64,000 nucleotides of DNA from assembly GCA_001643675.2 (NCBI GenBank), contig LSRY02000034.1, positions 124,001-188,000 on the forward strand, written 5' to 3'. Made by a program: the position numbers and the translations under genes. This document shows, in pieces, positions 35,565 to 46,656 of the stretch (position 1 is its first letter; the number at the start of each line of letters is the position of its first letter). The notes beneath the pieces were generated by a model. The model was not told the DNA's origin. It did no database searches and saw nothing but the letters and a program-made list of their open reading frames with translations. This DNA comes from Monocercomonoides exilis PA203 (Eukaryota > Protista > Preaxostyla).

Positions 35565-37770
35565 AATAGAACATTTCATACATTTTCTGTAATTACTGAC
35601 TTCTCTGATGATGTGGCATAAACACGGAAGCGCATAAATATAAACACAGCCGCAAAAGCTGCCTGCAAACCGAAGCACATCTCCGACTGACGGATAGAAA
35701 ATCGAAAAACATGCCGGAATCCCCACAAACACCAGCGAAAACGGGACAATATGAATGAAAAATGACAGATTCGGCTCTTCATCCGCCTCTTCCTCCTGAG
35801 CCTTTCCTGCTTTGCGTGAGGCACTCCCCTTTGCTCCTTTGTCCTTCGCATCCCCTGCTGTTTTGTCGCTTCCATCTGATTTCCCTCCACCGGGAGGTAC
35901 TTTCACTGAATTACCCCCGCTGCCTTCTTTCCCCGCCATCCCTTTTTCCATCAGGCTCTTTTCTGAGATCAGCGGGTGCACATCAGTCGAAAATGGCGAC
36001 ATCGTCGGAGAAGGCACGGGGCCTGGAATCATCGGCGATATGGTCGGATACGGTGAGTCTGCACTGCCTGGCGAGGTTGGAGAAAAAGGCGAGCGTGTCA
36101 GCAGCGGCTGCACAGACGAGCTCGGCGACGGAACAGGGAGCGGCGGAGAGAAAATGCCTGGCGAATGAGGGGGCGTGCGAGTCAGAGGAGAAGGCGTGGC
36201 GTTGGGTGAGATGCCTTGTAAGGTTGTGGTGGTGGTGTTGGTGGGTGAAGCTGTTGAATGCGGTGTGAATGAGATGGAAAGAGAGCTTTGAGCAGAAGAA
36301 GAAGAAGAAGAAGATGATGATGATGATGATGATGACAATGGCGAAGGTATCTTTGAAGAATTAGCTGCATTTGCTTCAGTCAGCGAAAACGGATACATTC
36401 GCTGTGAAGTAGGCGATGAAGCCGTTGAGCCTGCTGAATACGGCGGTGACATGAGCTCGTGATTGAACGCGTGGACAGAAACCACCCTTTTGATTGAGAC
36501 AGACTGCGATTTGTTTGCAGATGCCTCCGTTTTTGCTGTTTGCTCGGCGCTGTCCGGGTTCTGCTTGAGATCGTCTATGTGCTCACTTTCAATGGCGTTG
36601 GATTCCTTCATGACGCCCATCTTTGGAGAATTGTCGCTCGGCACATCGTCCTTCAAGATGTCTCTCTCTTGCTGCGATTTCCCGCCGTGCGCGCTTCCTT
36701 CCTCTTCCTTCATTTCGATCTGCTTTGTCTCCTTTTGCGCTTTTTTCTTGCAGCTCAGGTCAAGAATGCACTTTGGACAGAAGGCGTTGAACAGTGCCGT
36801 ACGCGTTGTACGGAACATGATGGGGAAGGAAACCATCATCTGAATAATCAAAAATGCACGCGCAACTAATGCCATTACGTTGTCTGAAGCAAAGACAAGA
36901 AGGTAGTTGTCGCAGAGAGGTACATTGTTTTGGCCAGTGATCGGATCTGTATAATGGTGATAGCCTAAATATCCCGTTACGCCGACAATGATGTATATAA
37001 CTATATCAACGGTGAATCCAAGAAATACATCTCTATCATTATGCTTTGGATTTTCTGCATTAAAAAACATTGAAGGAACAATGTTGTGGATAAAAAATGA
37101 CATCGACAAGACTCCGACAGAAGAAGGAAACGTTGCCTGAGCCATATTCAGCAACTCGCTGTGAAATCCTTGCGGAGGGGTCATCCCTGTAATTACTATG
37201 ATTACAGATACTACGATAACAGCAACAATTCCAAACGACGATATACGAATTAAAAACGATAGATTCGGAATCAATACCAATAGAAAAAGTGCTACTGAAA
37301 TAAATATTGCTGAAATTTTCGTATTCCACCAATCAGCAATTTGTACTTCTGCAAAAATACAAATTGCACGAATAATTTGATCAAAATTTTGCGTCAAAAA
37401 TATATGAAACGCAATCATAGCAACAATAAGAACAAGAGCTGAAACTCCCCTCGCCAAAAGATATCCTGGTTTCCCAAAAATTTCTCTACATCGATATGAA
37501 AAATCTGTATGTCCTTCGCTGTTGTGCAAAACTAAAACAGCTGTGTAACAAGAAACATAACCTGAAAACAGCACAAGAATTATTCCCAAAACAAGTCCAG
37601 CTTTTGCTATTACTAAAACAAATTTTCAATAAACAATAAAATTTTATATTGTCGTTAAAATTAATACCCCATGGAAGAGTTACAACAGTTGAGCCAATCA
37701 TCAATGTTGCAGTTGAGAAAATACTCGTTAAACTTCCTTGTTTTTTTGCTTCTGAATTTTGTTGAGGCAT
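35279..37770 (-). CDS. SLC38A9: SLC38A9-like amino-acid transporter (AAAP/Aa_trans family), 3 exons
   Basis: Motifs IFSTATLMIGSTVVTLPW, SFFIHN...NPKHNDRDV, DNYLLVFASDNVMALVARAFLIIQMMVSFP, FYPSVGDVLRFAGSFCG, and C-terminal IFHSLLVLWGIAVLVLQFVF* after removing introns at about 37614-37668 and 35389-35581. These match recalled SLC38A9 motifs. Confidence 0.88.
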
Positions 37771-38187
37771 TTATATGTTGGTGTCCTTATGATTTTTCGT
37801 TAGTCTCTCTTTAATAAAAGAAAAACTACGAAAAATTGTTTGTGAAAATATAAATTACGTGTTACACACCCTTTTTTAATTTCTTTGAAACATCAGATCC
37901 ATTTCTTATTAAACAAATTTTTTCAATAAAATTGACTCTATGCAAAGAGTATTAGTTAAAATGCATAAATGAAGGCCAATTCTTTTCTGATTATTTGTCG
38001 TGATCAATTTTTATCATATTTCTTCATGACATTTTTTCATTCCAATATTTTAAATGTGGAAGAAAGAAGTGGTTGAAATCATAAACAAATCTTTTTCATT
38101 TTTCAGAATATTCATGGTCTTCAATGCAAACAAAAAAAGTTTATGAAATGTGCAAGACTATGTTTTCTTACTGATAGACGTAAAAAT

Positions 38188-38248
<61 letters not shown>

Positions 38249-38683
38249 CACATCCATTTTGCTCATCTCCTTTTTCTCCTCGCGCTTCTTCTTTCTGTTA
38301 TTCAAAAGTTTCTTCTATCTCAACTTCCAATATCTTCAATCTATTAATTCACTTCAATTTCCATATGAAAATATCAATTTTCTTTCCATTTGCCTTTGAA
38401 TCAATAACTCCTTTTCTTAAAGGTTTTCGATTTCTCTTCTTCAGCTTAAAAAAAATCAGATGGAACGTGGAAATACCGGAAAAATGCTGAAGTTACAAAA
38501 GACTTCTCAAAAGAGCAGAGAAGAGTCTTAGAAGCAGATGAATGAACATTTTAATATTGATTTTTCTTTGAGAGACTACTACGCAAATAAAGCATAAAAA
38601 AAAGACATTTTTTGAGATGAAAAGAGGAAAATGGAAAAGTTGTTGAAGTTATCTTTTTTTTTCTTTTTTGTGTTTTCATTTTT

Positions 38684-40022
38684 TCAAGCATTCACAAAAT
38701 AATCAGAAATATTGAACGAAACTTCATAACTATATGAACAGGTTAGAAAATAGAATATTCCATGAAAGCTTGCAACTATATCTTCGTATCCTTCTTCTTC
38801 CATCTTTTCAAATATCTTCCTTTTGGTTACCTTTGTTTTCGATTCTTCAATTCGATCTTTTTTCTTCCATTTTGTTCGCATTGAAACATTCTTTAAAAAT
38901 GAAAAGCTTTTATCTGTTGTTCTGTCGTTTATTGTGGATTGAAGAATCTCTTCCAAAACAACATCAACAGCCCCACTCTCCAACAAATGATAAACTTTCA
39001 CGGCTCTTCTTTCTGCTGCCTTCTCAAATACACGAATGCAGGAATCGCATATTTCTCTGTGATTATCCTTTGCTGCTCGAAGCACTCTTTCAACATTGCT
39101 TAAAAGTACAATGAATTCTTCATTCTGCAATTCGCAATTAGAAAAATAAAGGTTCAATGTGTGGAGCCATCTCATCAAAATAAGTTCTTCTTTTGACTCT
39201 TTTCCCTCTTTCTCCGCTTCCTTTTCTCTCTTCCAATCCACACATTTCATCAGTTCTTCCAGTTCTCTTGCTGTGTCTCTCGCTAAATGCAACTCATTCA
39301 CAACTACTTCTTCTAAGCTTCTGTCAAATAAAATTCTTCTTATCAAAAACTGCCAAGCAGACTGATATGCAATTCGTGTCAGATTGTGATGTTCTTGATT
39401 ATATATGATGATTTCTTTGATTTCATCCAGGAAATTTTCTTGTCTCATTTCCTAATAAGAAAATAAGGGAGAAAGAAAGAAAGAAAGAATAATATCAAAA
39501 TCAACATAGAAATACTCAAACGCTACATCCAAAACAGCCTAATGCCAGCAAAGCCATTTCCACTTCCTTTTGAGCCTCCTTGTTTTCTTCTTTGTTCAAC
39601 GCAGCTTTCAGAATGCAGGGCACACATATTGAAATCAATTCGTCTGAAATGCATTCATCACAAAACAAAACAAAACATTCACAAAGATCAACAAGAAGCT
39701 TTTCATTCTTTTCTTCATTTTTCTTTTCTTTTTCATCAAATATCATCTGTTCGATTCTTTCTTTCAACAAAGATATATCAAAGCCAAATATGAACATATC
39801 TTTCCGCACTTTCAAATATCCGATATGCTTCAGTAACAGCATAGCATTTTCCATTGTCGTTTTCTTTTCTTCGATAAATCCCTCGATTTTGGAAAACACT
39901 TCAACATCGAAAATTGAAAGAAAATCATCTTTTTTCATTCCATCCATCACTTCAATCATTTCTTCGATTTTCTGTTTTTGTTCATCTTCATTATAATGTT
40001 CAAGTTCAGAAAACAATTCTTC

Positions 40023-40092
<70 letters not shown>

Positions 40093-40214
40093 AAAGAAAT
40101 ACAATTAACAAGAATTCCGTGAAGCAGTGAATGCAAACCTTTGGCCTTTTTTGTGTTATCTGTCTCATGCTTTTTTGAAAACACATTGAAGAAATAAAAC
40201 AACACAATTTTCAT
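38684..40214 (-). CDS. Family A lineage-specific helical protein, apparently intact copy 3
   Basis: Removing introns 40019-40138 and 39452-39521 (both GTTTG...AG) joins ORFs 39516-40214 and 38684-39448 in frame with no stops. Start codon uncertain. Confidence 0.8.
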
Positions 40215-40749
40215 ATTTCATATAGAATTCGTAAATATTTCGATAGAAGAAATCAGTAGGAAATAAAAACTCTAAAAAGATATAAAAATGAATGTACAAC
40301 ACCATTTTATCTTGTGTTGGCAAATGGAGAAGATAATGGTATAACATGATCAACTCCCTTAATTATTAATATAAAGTTATATATTCTTATCGCGCAGATT
40401 TGGTTTAAGGTTTATAACCAAACAAACAAATTCATTTGGGATTTTGTGATTGAATAGAATTTGACCGAGCAAAATTAGTGTTAGGGTTAACCCTAGAAGA
40501 ATTTTAAAAATGAAAATGATTTAAATAGTGGGTAGGGTCACCTTGGTCCCAGGATCCGCTCCACTTGCCCTTGTATTGACATTTTCGATTTGTATTTACA
40601 AAGAAAAAGAACGCTTTGTTCTTTCTCTTTGTTGTTTTGGATATTATGATCAATTTGGATATTTTAAAGGAATATTGGTTTACAAAATGAGAGTTCAATT
40701 AATAAACATTTTACAGAATTAGAAGAATTATTTCCAATGATGGTAGCTG

Positions 40750-41420
40750 GAAATGGTGGAGATGCAATATTTTTGAAATTCTGTTGGATGATTTTTGGAG
40801 ATTGGAAGATAGAAGAAATACACCAATTTCATCAATAACACAAAAAGATTTAATGTATGTAATTTTTATAGTTCTATATGTTGTGAAGATATTTCCATCC
40901 GTATCCTCTCCAAAGTGCAGGAATCCGAATTATTGTTGAAATGGCCAATCTCCGCTTTGTGGAGCAATACGATGAAAACGGAGCAGATTATTATATAGCC
41001 ATTGGGAAATAAATGAAGTTGCGCAAGATATATGATTTTTATTTGGTGCAGGAGATGAAAACAAATTCGACTGATGTTTTGTTGAATGAAGATTTATGGA
41101 TGGAATTCTGTGAAGGACAAACTCCTCATAAAATTATATAGCATTTTGGAGCTGAAGGCAAAGGAGAAGCTTTTTGTATAAGGAAAGCAACTGGAAATAT
41201 CAAGGGAAAGATATTTATAACGAAAAAGGCAACAATTCAACTTAAAAAAGGAGAACCCCAAAATATCAATTATATTTATAAGGTTTACCTGTTTCTCGAA
41301 CTGCTCCGGGCAGACATGAAAAACGAAGGGATTCTTTCTTTGATTTCGTTTTCGAACCAAAAGAAAGGAGAATCTCCAAATACGAGACATCAAATTGTCG
41401 AGTGCTAATAGGCAATCAAA
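40750..41420 (+). pseudogene. Module C relic, copy 2 (possible degenerate kinase N-lobe)
   Basis: The frame from 40941 reads MANLRFVEQYDENGADYYIAIGK*MKLRKIYDFYLVQEMK...KII*HFGAEGKGEAFCIRKATGNIKGKIFITK...NEGILSL...QIVEC*. Inverted paralog of 3370-4055. Confidence 0.6.
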
Positions 41421-43759
41421 CTTCATTCAGGCCAGTCACATCTGGATTTCATTCTTCGAAGGGACATCCATTTTGAGTGAGCAAGGAGATTATCATTCGA
41501 AATTTGCTTTCTTCGATGCCACAGGCAACTACAGAAAAATACAGAATATTTGTGTCAGCCTCTTCAAGCGCAGCCATCCAGAGATTTTATTGTTATGCTC
41601 CATTTGTGTGGCATCGATGCGGAGTTGATTTGTGAGGACTTTGCTGCTTCGCATTGGTGCGCTGAGGTGTTTGCAGAAGTTAGACAAGACGGCCATGTTT
41701 TCTCAGACGAACATCGAGAGTGAACAATTTCTCTGAAGACCGTTTTGTTTATTTATTTCTGATTGCTATGCTGTTGGCCTGTGTTTATCTTGCGTTGCGG
41801 GTTCTATTAGAAATGGTTTTTTAAAAAACGGGGAATTTCATCAGATGTTGCTTTCAACCGAACATATTTTCTGGCGCTGATTGAGTTCACTCTTCTCCTC
41901 AGAGGCTTAGCCGTCAACAAGAATAATGAAGCTTAACTGTGTTCTTTCATCTTCTTTCCAATATTGCAACAATTATTGAAGCAGTGGCATTTTTTTAATG
42001 TGAGGGTGCTTCCACAGCGCGTGGCAGCTAATGCAATGAGACGGGGGATTCAATTGTTTGTCGGCGGGAGACAGCAGCGGTGGCGCAAGAAAAGCAAAAG
42101 AATGCTCATGTCTTATGCAGGGCAAGGGAGACATTTGTTGCAGAAGCAGAACTGCAGAGGAAGGAAACGAACGAGAACAAAAGAAGAAGGAAAGAAAGTG
42201 AAGAAACGAGAGGAAGAAGGAGGGAAGGGATGTAGGAATGAATCTGGATTTGGTGCAGATAACGATGGCTGTGAATCAATTGAGGTTTTCTATTTATTTT
42301 ATTTTTTATTTTCTTCTTTTTTCTCACGATTTTTATTTGGCATTGATTATTTTAAGATAATTCTTTTGTTCTTTAGAGAGTGAAATCCTTTGACAAATCA
42401 TCGATAACAACCTCATTTGAATTTTCAATTCAGAAAGAAAGCTTATTTGTGTGCTTTGGGAAGAATAGCAGAAGATGGCAACTGAATAAATTTAGGTGAA
42501 ATCTTTCTGAAAAAGAAGGTGTGACAGGTTTGCAATTTTAAAAGGAAATTTTTGTGGAGATTCTTTTGGTGTGTGCGTGCGATTCCTTTTATGAGCAGGA
42601 TAAGATGTGGAAAGGTGAGACAGGCTTATTTGGGCATTGACGAATTTTGCATTGAAAGGGTGGGAAAGAGAAGGAGAGATCTACTCTGGAAGGCTGTTTG
42701 GAGGGAAGGGACTTGGAGGGGAGAAGAGTGGAAGTGAAGGAGAAGGAAGAAAGAAAGAAAGAAAAATAAAGGAAGAAAAAAAAAAGACGAACTGTCTCCT
42801 TTGAAGATTCCTTCACTTTTCATGAAACGAAGTCCGAAAAATGCAAAAGAAAAGAAACAAAATAATCAGATATTTAATTTGAGAAAAGACGAAAAAAATA
42901 TTAGAATTAATTTTTTTAGCAAACTTCCCAAAAGATGAGCCGAAAGGGGGAATTTTCATTGAGAAGAAAGGAAAAAAGTTAATGGAAAGAAGAAGAAGCA
43001 GAAAGATAAAGCCAAAACAGGGAAAATCAATTGAAGAGAGATATTTCTTCAATGCTGCTAATTCTCCGGATATGGTTCTCGAATATTAACTAGTGGGATT
43101 TTGATGATATAAGCAGAAGAAGCGAAGAAGAATAATTATAAGAACAAGAAAAATGAGAAAGAAATTATATCTCATCAGATGATTTGTGCGAAGAAGGATA
43201 GAATTTTTTAAGTGACAAAAGAGAGAAAGAGAAAAGATTGCTCAGTGAAACATGAATAAAGAAGGAATAAGATGAATAGAGACGATGAAAAAAAAGAACG
43301 AAAAATTAAAATGAATAAGAGAAAGAGAAAGGTGCACAAAAGATATTTTCAAATTTCTAACAATATAACAACAATGAGACGAACAGAAAGAATCATATCT
43401 TTCTTTTTTCACATTGTTTTCATTATCTTCTTCTTCTTCGGATTCTTCTTCTTCCCAATCACAATCTCAAACACCCTATTTTTCTCGTATTATTATACCT
43501 CCTTATCTTTCATGCACTCGGCGAATTGTCCATCTCCCATTGCATCTGCACCTGCGCAGGCATCGTCAGAGGCGTGTAGCAAAAGCAGCAGCACATCCGC
43601 TACACACATTTATCATACATTACGCAGAAGATGATACAGATGGTTTTATGCAGACGCTGATGTTAACATTGACGCAGACACAGACACTTATAAAGACGTT
43701 GATGCTGAAGCTAACACTTTCACTGAAACTATCGCTGGCACTGCCCCTGACTCCCTGTG

Positions 43760-45457
43760 GGTGAACAGTCTGTCTGATTCAGCAGGTGGAGGTGCCACAA
43801 TGATCGACTATCTGTTCCCTCCATCGACTTCATTTATGTTTGTGGATGGAGCTGCCTCTGCTGTTGAAAACTGTGGATCGAAGCGAGCCCATGCACTTCG
43901 GTGGAATTGGGCTTTCAGAAAATGAATTCTTCTCAATCGATCATACAGCTCGAAGGAAACAGCCCCATTGATGCTGTTGTGAACGGCGCGGAGTCTCCCT
44001 TACCATCCAAAGCAATGGCACAACAAAAGCAATGATATTTGGAAGAAATGGAAAGTTCGAGCTTGTTGAAGGAAGTCGCTCAACCACTCTCACATTTTCC
44101 AGACTGGGCTCTGTGCTTCCGTTGTCTTCCAATCCTTCACCTGACATAGGTTCACTTGTGGAAGTTAGCATTGGTCAATGCTCATTCTTAGATTGCACTT
44201 TTGAAAAAGGTAATGGTGACAATTCCAACCCTTCGAAATGGATTGTTTCTGGAGTGGGCGGAGCCAAAAACTTTGACTCCTGCACTTTCAGCAATATTCC
44301 ATTCAGACAGCTGGAGTTATTTTGATTGACGGAACATCGCTTTTGTTGGAGGCATGCAGATTTTCTTCTATCTCTTCTGATGCACGAAAGGGTCTGATAA
44401 CAGGAAGCGGGAATTGCGAAATAACGCTGAAGGATACAGTATTTGCGAATTGCGAAACAAGAAATGGACACATGTTGGAGATGACTCGACCGAAGTCTGT
44501 TGAAATCTCAGGGGCATGCACATTCGAAGGATGCACTTCGACAGAAGGGGATGGAGAGGCTCTTTGTTGTGTTCTGGAGGGAGAAGGATCTTTGGTGATG
44601 AACAAAACATCAATTGTGCCTTGTGGGGTGAATGCGGTTAATGGGAGAGGAGGCGGAATCTATCTCGATTTGAAGGAGAGTGTCGATGCCTATTTGTTTT
44701 CTGGTTTAACATTTGGTGGAAATGTAACGTTTGAAGTGAAAGACATGTTTGTGAGAAGCGCTGATTTGAATGCCTCAATTATTCCATCTCTGTTTGATTC
44801 CTAGTATTTTGGAGGAGATAGAGAAACAAAGTCGATATGAAAGGAAGAAACGAAACGCATTTTATGAGTGTTTCAGCAGATCTGTTGTATTTTTTGGTGA
44901 AATATTCTTCTTCCTCAATAAGTGTTGGAACAGCAGGAATTGACTTTATCGGGTGTGGAAAGGCAGAAACACCTTGCCACTGGCTGTGGCGGGGCATCAG
45001 CAACTTGCAAGCATCTGAAGACTCACGGTCGTGTTTTGTTAAAGTTCTGGATGAAGTGGCAATTGATGAGTGCTATGAATTTGTCCTTTCTCAGCTCAGC
45101 ATTGGATTGCCTGCCGCAGCTGCTTCACCTGCATTTGCCGAACTGTCGATTTCTCAAACAACAGACGGCTCGAGCCAGTAGATTTTCAGCTCAAACAGCA
45201 CGCTTTCATTTTCTTCTGTGCAGTTCCATCTTCATGCGCTCTTTCCAAATGGGCAGTCTATCTTGGTCTCGTCGTCTGACGGATATCTCATCTTTAATTC
45301 AGCATCGCTCTATACGAATGCCGCTTTTAGCCTACTAAATGTTATGCTGTTGAACAAAGGAGACACAGTTGAGCTACTTCATGTTTCAATTGTTTACCTT
45401 TCTTTATATGAAACGTTTGCAAAATTCGGTTTGCAAAACGTTCACTTAACCACATAA
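43760..45457 (+). pseudogene. Internal fragment of a giant surface receptor family gene
   Basis: ORFs 44032-44325, 44322-44804, 44837-45181 and 45218-45457 carry CTFEGCTSTEGDGEA, NGRGGGIYL and GIDFIGCGKAETPC motifs. Multiple frameshifts and stops. Confidence 0.8.
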
Positions 45458-45470
45458 TTACATACAGAAA

Positions 45471-46460
45471 TCACATCTCTGTCCCCAGTGCCTGCTCTGG
45501 TGGTTGATACCAATGTGTCACCCGCACCTTGTCACGTGACAGCGCCTCAGGAGGTGCTTGGAACGACCTCGCAAATCCAAAGTCCGCTGAATGCCCCAGT
45601 CCAGAATATCAGACATCAAAAAAAGGCAGAGAATAGCAATGAATGCACACAAACGAGCAATCAAAAGATGTTACCCATCAATAAAAGAGGAGTTCTTTTA
45701 AGAAAAGAAAAGAAAAAGGAGCAAATTTCTGTCTCTCTCCCCACACCCAGTTTTGCCTTTCCATCGCCATTCAGAAGAATGTTGCTCGGCTTCAAATCGC
45801 GATGGATGACCCAGTTTGCATGCAGATACCCAACAGCCTTCAGCACCTGGAAAAGCACCGATCGCACAAACTGCTCCGAGTGCAGCCGCTGATCCACCCG
45901 GTGCAGATACATCTTCCCGCAAAAGGAAAAGAAGAAGAAGAAAAAGAAGTACATAAAAGCAACAGGATAATAACGGGTCAAACAAAGAATCAATGGGGAA
46001 AAAAAAAATCAATTCAAACAAAAAAGTCAGTTTCCAAAAGCTCAGACACAAGCTCAACCGTCTTCTCCAGTGGATCGCTTCTCACCTGTTTCATTCACAT
46101 ATGGAATTGAAAAAGAAATCAAATAAATAATTAGAGGAAAAAAAAAACAAAACGAGAGAATTGGCAGGAAATCGGTGGGAAAAAAAAAACTGCTTTCCGA
46201 AAAATCAATGAGCAAACATCCACAAATCGCACGATGTTCTCATGGGCCATCTCCTTCAGCAGCGCAATCTCCTGAATCGTTGTCTGCGAGATGTTGAATT
46301 CTCCGTGCTGGTGCTTGATCTGCTTCACCGCCACAAACTCGTGTGTCTCCAAATCATACGCCTTTCGCACCGACCCATACGTCCCCGTCCCGAGTTGCTC
46401 CAGCATCAGGTACCGCTTGTTTTCGGGTCTTGCCCGCTGCGACAAGTACCGGCGATTCAT
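45471..46460 (-). pseudogene. CDK8-like cyclin-dependent kinase, truncated after subdomain VIII
   Basis: Four exons: LGTGTYGSV...VAVK...ISQTTIQEIALLKEMAHENIV; VRSDPLEKTVELVSELLETDF; [19 protein letters not shown]; ADFGFARSFQAP...VTHWYQPPEQALGTEM* (TGA 45473-45471). LHANWV.HRD and EIALL are CDK8-type motifs. Confidence 0.8.
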
Positions 46461-46656
46461 CGAAGCTGTTGAAATAAAGCACAAAAAAAGTATTCTGAAA
46501 AGAATATTATGGAAAGAACATCGTTTTCTTTGTGTGTGAACATGCATCATGAACTTTTCAATATTCTCCAAGAGACTTTTTCGTTCAATTTAATTTATAA
46601 GCTTTTGGACCCATTAGTTTTTTCATTTTTCAAAAAATTTTGTTTGGTGTTTGTTG

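Noticed and set aside
41700-43760. Scattered short ORFs as genes
   Set aside because: No recognisable domain or consistent exon chain; probably decayed fragments and low-complexity DNA.
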